A stretch of 64,000 nt of DNA, from assembly GCF_000143415.4 (NCBI RefSeq), contig NW_003314268.1, positions 537,120 through 601,119 on the forward strand, written 5' to 3'. The DNA comes from Selaginella moellendorffii (taxonomy: Eukaryota > Plantae > Lycopodiophyta). Shown piece by piece: positions 1 through 10,594 of the stretch. The first letter of the stretch is position 1. Every line of letters begins with the position of its first letter. The notes under the pieces are model-generated. The model was not told the DNA's origin and searched no databases. It saw only the letters and a list, made by a program, of their open reading frames with translations. A program made the translations under genes and the position numbers.

Positions 1-3000
1 CTTTCTAGGTACTAAGCTACCTAAAATTGTCTTTGAGAACTTCGAAGGAACTTTGTCCCTTAGCTTGCTAAGGCTTCCCTTTTCACAAGCTTTCTAATTA
101 CCATATAGTTTAACATGGACAATTTCATATTTTAAACTCCCCATGACATCACAGTTGCTAGCAACAACACCCTCTAGCCCCCACTTGATTTTCCACTCCC
201 AACTGGCATAACCACCCTTGGTTGTGCCCTTTGATTCCTATGGTTTGGTTCTATCCCCTTAGTACTTGCTTTTGGCTTCACATTTCCTTCGGTCATTCTC
301 CTCCAAACTAAGAGGATAGCTTTGCACTCTCTATCATGCCTTAGCAAGTATTCTTAGGGATGAACCGACCCGATAGCCTAGGGAGTGGTTCCTCAATCCA
401 GGTATACTCACCTTATAATCCCACACACCAGGATTAACGTTGTTGCTTATAGGCCCTTATATACCCATCACTAGCCTTGCCAAAATTTCGTTTTTGGCTT
501 TGTCCAATTCGGGTAGATAGTCTTCTCCCATCTCCACAACCTTGGATATTTAGATAGCATCTTCTATCCATCATTCGTTAGGGACTTAGTCCCTTGGGCC
601 GTATCTATTGCCCTTGCGACATCAAACACCACCTCCTGGTGTTCTAGAGTGTTTGGGTGTCCTAAATGATGGCCTCTTTGACAATGAGCATTCCCTTTTA
701 CGACATTGACTTACTATATCGCAACATAAGTAATTTATTCCTCATAAGGGTATATTTAACTTCTTTATGCCATTAAGAAGTCTTGGGTAGTTAATTATCT
801 TGCACCTTTTGCTTAGTTGCCTCATAGTTGTCAAGTCCTACAACTCATCGCTGGTGCTTCCACATCTCCATCATTGTTTTGGTCACCACACTCTACCATA
901 TGCCTTCCAGCTTAGGCTATGCTATTCCCATTTCTGTTGGGATTCCCTTGGCAAGGGGTTCTTATGAACCCATAAACATAACCTCAAGGTATCACATCTT
1001 GGCACATTTGGTGTCTCCACACTATTGGCCCCACGAACGTATCCTTATGACACTACTTATTAGTGTCTAGGTCTTTGCCAAGACCAATATGGTTGTTTCT
1101 CATGCTAACTATCCATTAGCACCGCACCATAGTGTTTGCACCTAACTCTGGGCCAAAGTTGCTTTCTTTTGGGAACATCTTTCCCACAACTTTAGTATGG
1201 CACATTCTACCATCAATGAGATACCTACAGTTCTCATACTTGGATCTTATAATCCTCCCCATACCTCATGGGGCACCATACACCTCAGTCCAAATGCTTC
1301 AACCTGACTCCACTTGAGTCATTCAGCATTTTGGACTTTGCTAATTCAACAACCTACGAGGTCTTAGTCTTTGAGGTGCTAACTCACTAGAATACAACTT
1401 CTTGTATTCATGTCCTACTCACAAGGACCATTTTTGCAAGTGTTACTCCGACACTTGATGATTTTCTTGGGGTTAACCTTTGCCCCTTAGGACTACTTGT
1501 CCATGTGATGAGAATAACAACTCATCTTTAAGTACACCCCCAACTCCTTGGGTTGTTCTAGCATTTATTAAAGGTAGCCCCAACCACCATTTCAAGGACT
1601 CATGTCCTCATCCGTATTTGACCTTTTACAGTCATTAATTCTGGTCTCAATTTCATGAGCACCAGCCTCACTATATGAGGTTAATCTTGTGACTCCTTTA
1701 TTGTTTTGGAGTTTTTATCCTTCCCGTGATCCCAACTATAGTTGTTTACCACAACTACATTAGCTAGCTTGCTAAATCAAATGCTCATCTGGATCAAATC
1801 CTCAACTCTCCGAGGAAAACCTTATACTATTCCTAAGATCCCAAAGTCGTTCCATTATTGGCCCCTTTCTATCCACCACCTCACCTACAAGTTCACACTT
1901 GAATTGTAGTGGAGAGCTATGTCTTCCCGACTTGCTACTCCTCAAGGATAGGCCCACTTCTAGGACCTTCTGATGCCAACACTAGTGGTGATATACTTCA
2001 GCACCAATAAAAGTTAGACTAAGGAACAACTCTGATATCAAATTGTAACTGACTAATTTTTCCATTCTACTTTAGTCACTTAACCACACCTCCGACCACT
2101 GGGAGGAGTCTCATTCATAACCTCCTTAAGTCCAATTTAGGACTTAGGACTTACTAGCCCCGAAAATGGCATCCATGCCACTCATCCTTTGCACTTGGTC
2201 CAAGTGCTCCATGTGTCTGGTCCCATGATCGACACTCAAAGGTACCACTGACATAGCAGCCTATTACGCTAAGGCCATGCCTAATCACCTTTGCCACACT
2301 GATGGTCCAATACCACTTGCATCACAGTCCTGCCTCTCCAAGACTGGGCCAACCATCCATGAGTGGTCATCACAGATCCACTCCTTAGCATCCTTCGGAT
2401 GCCCACCAACAAGGAGAACAGCCTTCCCCACTATCCCTCTTTCAGTCCCAACCAAGTCCCGTCCTACCCATAGCCGTGTTCACCAACACTACCATTGGGT
2501 CAAGGCCCACAGGCCCGACCACTAAGTCCCAATGCCCTCTGGGACTTCCTCACCATGTGACTATGTCCTTAGTCACTATGCCAAAGGTCAACTCCTCTTC
2601 CTTTCCACAATCTGGGACTTTGGGGCAACATTTCAAAACACCATGGCCTTATGCGAGCCACCTAGGTACTCTCCCAGCCTTCCGCCCTTGGGTGCTCTAG
2701 CCATGGGCTTAGAGCGAGGTTCCGTTGAGCCACACCTGGTATCCAAGTAGGTAGTGCCACCCACACTTGGACTAGGAGCATCGGCCAGTTGATCTCCCTG
2801 GGGAACTAGAGCTGGCTCTTGAACACTTCACCAAGCTACCCTGCTTGTCAGTTCGTGTTCACTTTAGCCTTGTACTTCCCAGTGGGCAGCTCATCACCCA
2901 ACATTGGGTACAGCCTTCCTGGGCCAAACTGGCCTTTCCTGGCCAAACTGGCTCCACTACAATCCTCCCCCTTACTATACTTTTAGAGCTCACCAAACCC

Positions 3001-3660
3001 CCCAGGGTTTGGGAGACGAACGCTTTGGGCTTTCACCCTATCAAACTCAAACTCGGACTCAAACTCGGACTCAGACTCGGACTCGGACTCAGACTCAGGC
3101 TCAGGCTCAGGCTCGGTCTCAGCCTCGGCCTCGGTCTCGGTCTCGGTCCCGGTCCCGGTCCTGGTCTCGATCTCCGTCTTGGTCTCGGTCCTGGTCTCAG
3201 TCTTGACCTCAGACTCCATCTCAGATTCCATCTCGGGTCCATCTTGGACTCCATCTTAGACTCCGTCTCGGTCCATCTTAGACTCCATCTCGGGTCCATC
3301 TCGGACTCCATCTCGGGTCCATCTCAGACTCCATCTCGGGTTTATCTCGAACTCCATCTCGGACTCCATCTCAAACTCCATCTCGGACCCCATCTCAGGT
3401 CCATCTCGGACTCCATCTCGGACTCCATTTTGGACTCCATCTCGATCCATCTCGGGTCCTTTTGTGTCCCTTTTCTAGAGACTCTTTTATCTTCATGCTC
3501 AATCCTTGAGCACTCCATTGGGAGTTCCACTCTCGCTCTTGACCTTTCAAGTCGGAGCCTTTTAGTCCAAACGTGTTACGCTCGTTTGGCTTTCGCTTCG
3601 GCCACTACCACGTGGCACCCTTTCGGCTCCACTTTGGGGTTTAGGGATTTGTGTCTCACA
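1..3660 (-). mobile_element. Degenerate Gypsy-type LTR retrotransposon, 5' portion (LTR, PBS, decayed gag/pol)
   Basis: LTR 2044-3660 is bounded by TG...CA. The adjacent ctctgatatca (2031-2041) is the reverse complement of a tRNA-iMet PBS (TGGTATCAGAG-like). The same LTR recurs at 37908-39572 and 45587-47078. No long ORF remains in the internal region. Confidence 0.7.
3040..3460. repeat. 6/12-bp tandem repeat array (GACTCCATCTCG / CTCGGA-type) inside the LTR
   Basis: Directly visible. The same array sits in the sister LTRs at about 38940-39300 and 45840-46100 and generates spurious low-complexity ORFs. Confidence 0.9.
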
Positions 3661-4670
3661 ACTAACCTATATATATTATAAGTTGATGAAGCTCCACCAC
3701 TCTTGGATCGAGGATGGCTTAAATATAACTAAGGTCAAGGAGGTGCCACATCATCATCAAGAATGCGGTTCGAGACTCAAGAATCGTACAGGAAATCAGA
3801 GAGTAAGGAATAGGGAAGTGTCTCGAGAGTCAGGAATATGGTCTATGGGTCAAGAATTCGGCGAGAGTCAGAAATGTGGCAAGAATTGGGGGATTCCTGA
3901 CAGTACCCCCTCCTCAAGAACGAGTGGAACGAGGACATGAATGAGAACAAAGAGGAGGATGAGATAGGCGGCGAGGGACGGGAGAGGGAGAATGAAAAGA
4001 ATAATTGGGATGAGAAGGATAGCAGTGGTGGAAGTCCTGAATAAGGTCAGGAGAATGAATTAGGTTGTCCGCAAGTTCCCAAGTGCGTTCCTCAGGTTCA
4101 TAACCCTTCTAGTCTACTAGATAGTAGAGTTTAGACCGTGAGATCTTGGAATCAAGGATGTCCTAAACTTCATATTTAGACCCATCCTTGAGTTGCACTA
4201 GTGGAGGCAAAGGAATGACCCGATTTGGAATAGAACTGGGAATAAGGCTCAAGGAGAGAGGAGTGAAAAATAGGGTGAATTTGATATGAGGAGGGAAGTG
4301 CAAGGCAATAAGTGACAGCATTAATGATGATAGTGATAGGGCAAGGACCGAGGCGTTTGAAATCTTGTAAGGGGGACAATCCTGACGATGGACATTGGTG
4401 AATGTTTTGTGAGATTCCTAAGCACGATGGAGGTGGAAGGAGATGGAGTTGTGGATTTCCTGGAGGTTGGAGACAAATACCTCAGAGTGGGGACTTTAAC
4501 GAGACGATTCGAATGGAGAAGGAAGTGAGAGATTGAATTGAGGATTTCGGCCAAAGTTTGCTAAGAAGGGGGAAACTCAAAGGGAGGAGTGAACAGAGTT
4601 GTTATAAAAGAACTCAGCAAGGGGAAGGATATCGAACCAATCATCCTGATGATAATTGATGAAGCACCTC
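3661..4670 (-). mobile_element. Chromovirus (Gypsy) 3' fragment: integrase C-terminus, chromodomain, PPT, partial 3' LTR
   Basis: Minus-strand translation gives [12 protein letters not shown] (integrase), GPCPI...YCLALPSSYQIHPIFHSSLLEPY and the chromodomain YEV*DILDSK...YLVD*KGYEPEERTWE. PPT (rc of ccccctcctcaag, about 3906-3918) is followed by the LTR start TGTCAGG at 3902. Confidence 0.8.
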
Positions 4671-4700
4671 AAAGCTCTATTTCGTTAAAGTGGGATTTAT
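4671..4700 (+). repeat. Left terminal inverted repeat (also 23880-23909 and 36472-36501)
   Basis: GAAGCTCTATTTCGTTAAAGTGGGA is the reverse complement of 23213-23237 and 35805-35829. The first base is A in copy 1. Confidence 0.9.
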
Positions 4701-5331
4701 TCAGTAAAATGGGACTAGGTACAAATTTTCAAGTATTTGAAAATGACGTGAAATTATATGTTTTTTGTCCAGGGGCTAGACATATCTGGGGCATGGTGAC
4801 TAGCGCGGTGACTTTGTGTCCAGACTGAGTCCATCTGGTTGTATAATAAATCTCATTGTCAAGGTGAACAAGCCGAATCTGAAGCTAAAGAAGAGCGATG
4901 GCATGCGCGCACACACTATTTGTTTGTTCATTGAGCGTGTGGTGAGCTTTCCAAGATGAACGTCATTCCTATTAGCCAGACATATAACTTAATGGTGAGA
5001 ACATTTAGATATTATTCAATGTTATCTTTTTCTAACGAATCTAATTGTGAAGGTGTAGCAAGAGGCATTGCTAGTCTGGAGAAGTCATTTAACTCATTTG
5101 ACCCTTAATGTACTTTCATGAAACTAAATAACATTCATATTATTAAGGAATTTCTCTAGTACCTTTTTTTTACGACATAGAGGCTTGCATTTCTTTCAAA
5201 GGTGATTTAGTAAAAGGCCTGAGGGCACATGCCATTCTATTTCTCAGACCGGTATTAAGATATACTAGTGCAAAGGGAAAAAGGTATTTGGTGATCAAGT
5301 AAATGGCATGAGGGCACACGCCATTATAAGC

Positions 5332-5589
5332 CTAAGCGCTAGTGGACACCTCCTTTTTGGTACTCTCAGCGGTACTATCATCCTTCTCCGGGTCAGTTGT
5401 TTTGCTTTGGATTGTTGTCTCTGACGTTACTGGGGCGTTCTCGATAGTTGTTAATGTTGCCGTTTGTTCAGAAAAATGATCACCTGGAGTATAGTACGGG
5501 GAGTTTGGAAGACTTATATATTCTACATCTTCACCTATCTCCTTCTCCGTCTCCTTTTCTGCCTCACTTACAGATTTTGTGCTTGCCAT
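5332..5589 (-). CDS. Possible small acidic Ser/Thr/Glu-rich ORF (85 aa) of the transposon
   Basis: MASTKSVSEAEKETEKEIGEDVEY... is open in both copies (24527-24784). It is low complexity with no recognisable domain. Confidence 0.3.
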   Translation of the reverse strand: MASTKSVSEAEKETEKEIGEDVEYISLPNSPYYTPGDHFSEQTATLTTIENAPVTSETTIQSKTTDPEKDDSTAESTKKEVSTSA

Positions 5590-5869
5590 GAGAACGCTCT
5601 TCACCCTAAAATATGGAGTTCGTTGTGTTATAAAAGGAAACCAACACACACGCTACAAGGGAATGATGGTACATAAAGCACGTAAGCCCACAATATGGGT
5701 TTATGTGCCATTAATATGGGCCACACGCCATATTATTAGATTTATGCACGTGTGATTGGTAAATGCATATGTCACATCATCTCAGGCCACATGCCATCAC
5801 GCCTCCTCTGATTCAGATTCGGATTGTTCACCTTGAAATAAAATACATTAGAAACTTAGTAAAGGAATA

Positions 5870-8800
5870 TTAATGAATCTCACCTTGAACCTGGGTTATG
5901 AATGCTCTTGCTGCATCTCTTGCATGGTCTGGCAAGGTGATGGTGGCACTCTGCTTCCGCATCCAACCATGCACAACATTATCCACCGATATGCTCATGC
6001 TGGGATCCCTTGGATTCAGCACCCATCTCTTTTCTAGGCAATCCTTCGTATATCCGGAACTTGGCTTGAACCACTCCACATTTACATTGAAGGAGTTAGT
6101 TTCCGCGTCCTCCTCTGCATCAGTGATGCAGCGCCCCACCCATATCATTTGTTTTTTATTACTGGGTCTGACAAGCACGACCATTCCTTTGCAGACCTGT
6201 ACTGGATTGAATGCTGAATCCAGCTTCTTGTTCCTCGGCCCACAATAGTGATCCTCAACATCGTTATCTGTCACTGCATTTCCAGAGGACATTGTTCCGC
6301 TACTATCTGGTGCTCTGGGTTCTGGCCAAAAGGACTCTTCCAATTCTTCATATACAACCGGCCCATTTTGGATAGCAGATATAATCTTCTCCCAGTATTC
6401 GAGCAAAGGCTTGCACCTCTGAAAATAGGATTCTCCACCAAACACCAACCCCCTCTTCCAGAAGGCAATATGCTGTCTAATCCCGGCCACTATACTTTCT
6501 TGGTCTTTGAGTCCATCCGGGTGCATCGGCCGTGGGGAACCCTGAGGAATCATAGGTTCCCCAGTTATGGGATCTCTCTTGAAGAGTTCAATGCCGTCCA
6601 CTGGCAGCCACACTGTGTCCCATTCTCTCATCTTGTACCTCATCACTGGAGCACCGTCACACATGCTGAAATGAAACTGAAGAGGCTTGGAGTGGCCAAT
6701 CAGCGTTTTGGATCCGTCCCTGATGTAGCCTCTTACAAACCCCTTAAAGTCTGGAACCTCTGTCAGAAGTGCAGCTTCAACAGTCCCTTTGATGCAATTT
6801 TGGAATTCATCGTAGAGTTGTGGGAGGGTGAGGACATTGGATCGCCGGAGGGACTCTGCCAGGTGATTGAACATGGCATCGACGTCTTCATGAGTGTGCC
6901 CAACCATGAGAAAGCCAAGTGTAACCGTTTCAAATATGCCTTTGGCAACAAGCATCGCCAAGTACGCGAAGACGTACATGTTTTTGTTCTTACTGCCAGC
7001 ATTGTCTGTTTGGAGCAGAAGATGGGGTGGAAGGCCACATCGGCCGCAAGAACTTCCTTGAGATTCTGCTTCGTTTGGATGAGGCTGTGCATTCACCGGG
7101 CGACCAGCCTCGTCGGAATGGCATGAGGCCTCACGTGATAACCCTACAATCTGACGGCCAACATATTCATTGGGATGGCATGGGGCCCCACGCGATACTG
7201 CAAGCCTTTGCTCCTCCTCCAGCTGAACCCTGTATGGGGTTCGATCGACAAGGGCCTTATGCAAGGGTTGGCCATTCAGCTCAGTCTGCACACTTTGCAG
7301 AGACCTTAAGTGTTTTGCTAGGGACGCAATCATCATGTTTGCACCCCCGCCACCCCATAGAGGTACAAAGAAGTTCCCATAGTTCTGGGCACCATGCCCA
7401 TGAGCGATTATGCCAAACAGAGACACAGGCAGCTGCATGGATGAAGAGATTGCCTTGGGGGCAGGATTGAGTCGAGGTAAGCACGTCTTTTTCTGGTCCA
7501 TTTTGTCATGGATGATGCAGAGGTAAGAGTCAGGTCTCTCCATGGAGAGAATCCTGTTATGATAATATGCAGTCCTGCAGCTTCTCTGCTCGATGTTGTG
7601 GTCGAGCCGCCTTCTAACCAATGTCTCTCGCTCTTGAGCGCTGCAAGAATTCTTCGACAAAGCCATTTTGATAGCAGTGCACTCGTCACACTTTGAAAAG
7701 CTAAAGTACTTTCCTATACTCACATCCCTGAACCTGTTGCTCCACAATCTACTAAATCTAGATTGGCTCAGCTTCCTGTAGCCATTACTCTGGAGTTCCC
7801 AATTCACATCTTCCAATATGGCCCCCTTGGTATACATGGAAGGGAGAACTCGTTGGGTGTCTCGTGTTCCATCTTCCAAGAGGCGGGTTTTATGTGGTTG
7901 CTGCTCGCTACATGTCTCGACAAACCTCTTGAAGATTGCCTCTCCATATACAACATGACCCCTGGTTTTGTGTGTACCGTCGTTCCCATGGACTGCCTGT
8001 TGAACCCTTTGTTCCTCGAACTCAGTTTTGATTCTGTAGAATGTGGTTTGAGGGACTCCATAAATGATTCTCCATGCCTTCATGCAGACCAAACCCCTCT
8101 GGAAGACCATGCCCCCCACCTGATGTTCTGAAGCATCAACAGATGACCGTAATGCCTCATACACAAAATTGCGAGCTGCCTTCCAGGACAATGTCTTGTA
8201 TTTTGCTCTCTCCTCTTCAATAGCATCCCAATCAGCATGTTGACAGCACCTCCTCTTGCAACAAGCAACTGTTGAGACCATTCGAACCTCCATCGCCATT
8301 TTCTGCCTTTTCGGTTCGTTGCTCAGATCCCTTTGGCTGCGCTTTAGGAAGGTGTACTTTCTTTTCCCATGAAGAGATGTTCTGTCATCAGTTGTAGTGG
8401 TGTTTGATTGTGAATCCTTCACATTCTCAAACACTAAGTGCCTCAATTTCCACCGCACAATGCTTCCAATAGTCAGACTGTTTTCTTCTGTGTCAACAAC
8501 CTCTAAAATCGCAACTCCAATATCATCCCAGCCCAATTCTTGATTAGCAACCGCATCTCTTGGATCGACAACTGTGGCTAAGCCCTCAGCTACCACCTCC
8601 CCCTCGGGGTTGTTCAGAAACACCTTCGCCTGAATCCATGTAGCACGGTTCTTAAGATCCACGGAGGGAACATGCGTCGCACTTGCGCTGTCCCCAACAT
8701 CTGCTTTCTTCTGAAGATTTTTCAAGACAACAACAACATTTACCCCGACGACCATCTCTCCTCGTTCAATAGCGACCACATTCCCATCGAAGACAGTCTC

Positions 8801-8938
8801 TACTGATACAGCAGCATTGCCTTCCCCAAGCCTTTGACAGTGTATAACAAAGTTCCGATCCATAGACACAAGGGTCCCTTTTGCAACTCTCTTCCCACCA
8901 TTCAAAATGTAAACCTTTTCCCCAAATCTGAAGGCCAT
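5870..8938 (-). CDS. Sola-type (DUF7869-like) DDD transposase, 1022 aa, apparently intact
   Basis: Motifs CCKRRC / VCMKAW...YGV, FSKCDEC (zinc), IIHDKMDQ, LQTDNAGS(K/E)NKN and FLMVGHTHEDVDAMF are typical of Sola/DUF7869 transposases. Two N-terminal beta-rich repeats and a C-terminal SH3/Tudor-like segment. A splice acceptor lies just 5' of the ATG. A likely last intron (CAAG|GTGAGA near 5884) leads to the terminal exon GEQSESESEEA*. Confidence 0.8.
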   Translation of the reverse strand: MAFRFGEKVYILNGGKRVAKGTLVSMDRNFVIHCQRLGEGNAAVSVETVFDGNVVAIERGEMVVGVNVVVVLKNLQKKADVGDSASATHVPSVDLKNRATWIQAKVFLNNPEGEVVAEGLATVVDPRDAVANQELGWDDIGVAILEVVDTEENSLTIGSIVRWKLRHLVFENVKDSQSNTTTTDDRTSLHGKRKYTFLKRSQRDLSNEPKRQKMAMEVRMVSTVACCKRRCCQHADWDAIEEERAKYKTLSWKAARNFVYEALRSSVDASEHQVGGMVFQRGLVCMKAWRIIYGVPQTTFYRIKTEFEEQRVQQAVHGNDGTHKTRGHVVYGEAIFKRFVETCSEQQPHKTRLLEDGTRDTQRVLPSMYTKGAILEDVNWELQSNGYRKLSQSRFSRLWSNRFRDVSIGKYFSFSKCDECTAIKMALSKNSCSAQERETLVRRRLDHNIEQRSCRTAYYHNRILSMERPDSYLCIIHDKMDQKKTCLPRLNPAPKAISSSMQLPVSLFGIIAHGHGAQNYGNFFVPLWGGGGANMMIASLAKHLRSLQSVQTELNGQPLHKALVDRTPYRVQLEEEQRLAVSRGAPCHPNEYVGRQIVGLSREASCHSDEAGRPVNAQPHPNEAESQGSSCGRCGLPPHLLLQTDNAGSKNKNMYVFAYLAMLVAKGIFETVTLGFLMVGHTHEDVDAMFNHLAESLRRSNVLTLPQLYDEFQNCIKGTVEAALLTEVPDFKGFVRGYIRDGSKTLIGHSKPLQFHFSMCDGAPVMRYKMREWDTVWLPVDGIELFKRDPITGEPMIPQGSPRPMHPDGLKDQESIVAGIRQHIAFWKRGLVFGGESYFQRCKPLLEYWEKIISAIQNGPVVYEELEESFWPEPRAPDSSGTMSSGNAVTDNDVEDHYCGPRNKKLDSAFNPVQVCKGMVVLVRPSNKKQMIWVGRCITDAEEDAETNSFNVNVEWFKPSSGYTKDCLEKRWVLNPRDPSMSISVDNVVHGWMRKQSATITLPDHARDAARAFITQVQGEIH

Positions 8939-9269
8939 TCTGAAAGTGCAGAAAAGAAGTTAAGACCATACAAAAAATGATTGGAGAATGGCCTAAATCA
9001 TAACATACCAAACAACCTCAATAGCATGAGGCCACATGCCATTATTCAAACATGCTATTGACACCCACGTGAAATTTCGCATTCACAAAATTGGCATGAG
9101 GCCTCATGCCATCTTGATATACACACAGCTGCAGGCAAATAAAAACATACATGACAATACGCTAGCCATGAAATTGCAAGGGCCCAAGATGGCATGTGGC
9201 CTCATGCCATTTCTAAATGTGGTCCTAAGCCATTCCATGGTGAACATACCAGGAAGCACAAGTGCCGAA

Positions 9270-10594
9270 TATCAAGAGGAAGCGGTAGCCACACCAAAGA
9301 CAGTGCCGCTCGCAACACCGCAACTACTCGTAGCGCCGCTCGCAACACCGCAACTGCTCGTAGCGCCGCTCGCACAAACTGCCACTTGCATAAATTGCCG
9401 CTCGCAATGGCGCTCGCAATGCCGCAACCGCTCGTAGACGCATAAACCACAGCCCACAACGCCGCTTACACAAGCAGCGCTCACTGCGCTTAGCGGAACC
9501 AAGAACACGGCGCACAAAAATGATAGACCTAGGAATGAGTTTGAGAATTCAAAAATAACACACGCTTGAACGTCACATCAAATCCTCTGACAAACCAGAT
9601 TTTATGATTCCTCTGACAAATTTCAAACTGAGTAGCTTCTAGACTTTGCTGTCGAAGGTTGAACTTTGTCACATCATGTCCTTGCCTCGATCCAGCTGTG
9701 CCATGTCAGTGATTCGAACTTCCAAAAACTCTCGCACGTGTTAGAATATTCTAGGAATATACTCCTATGTGCCCCTGAAAATGGCATGCGGCCCCACACC
9801 ATTCAAGAGATAACGCCAGATGACGCTGAGCATTTTTTGGTGCATTTTTTGGGATCAAAATTGCATGAGCACAAAATTACATTGTATACCATTCTTTATT
9901 TAGCTGAACATCTGGCATTTTTGGAAATACAAGATGCTTTGGAATATCCAATCATGCATGGTATAAATATAGCGAGGGTATTAAATGATATCCCAATCAT
10001 GATCTTTCTTTTGGATTTCGCGTGCATGTAGTCCGAGGAATGATGACGTTGCGGATTTCTTTTGGATTTCACGTGCATGCATGCGCGCGGCGACCCAGAA
10101 ATTAATGGTGGCGCCCAAGTCCGAGGAATGATGACGTGGCGGGATTACCAACCGTCGTGACATTTCGCGCGTGTGAGGTTAGGTTTTGCATTTTGCTTCG
10201 TACTCGCGCTCACACACTCGCGCTCGCATCACGCTCCCACTCGCGATCATGCTCACATTCGCGCTCATCTACCTTCTCTACAGGTTTCTCGTGTGCATCG
10301 GCGTCCACTCGCGCTTGCATCACACTCGCGCTCACATCGCGCTCGCATCGCGCTCGTGTGCATCGGCGTCCACTTCAAGACACACTCAGTTTGTAACTTC
10401 GCCGCCAACTCCGCCGCCCACTCCGCCACCCACTCCGCCACCCACACGCAGCCCACTTGGCGTCCCGGGAGATTTCAGCGCCACTCTCCAACTGTAAGTG
10501 GTAGAGTAGCCTTGCTGCTACGATCCGCTGCACACACAGTGCACATTCGCCAGCGAGTCCGGCCTCGATTGTCACGGCCTCCATTCGACTTCAA
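9270..10594. promoter_or_regulatory. Putative bidirectional promoter and GC-rich 5' UTRs between transposase and cargo gene
   Basis: Lies between divergent genes. Duplicated GAGGAATGATGACGT (about 10034, 10123) and TTGGATTTCRCGTGCATG (about 10011, 10062) boxes. CGCTCGCA-rich tracts on both sides and a 30-bp tandem repeat at about 9305-9375. Confidence 0.45.

Noticed and set aside
2845-3681. 278-aa and overlapping repetitive ORFs
   Set aside because: By-products of the 6/12-bp tandem array inside an LTR; not conserved in the sister LTRs.
5898-8131. Plus-strand ORFs of 116-292 aa
   Set aside because: Antisense shadows of the transposase; their recurrence in copy 2 only reflects recent duplication.
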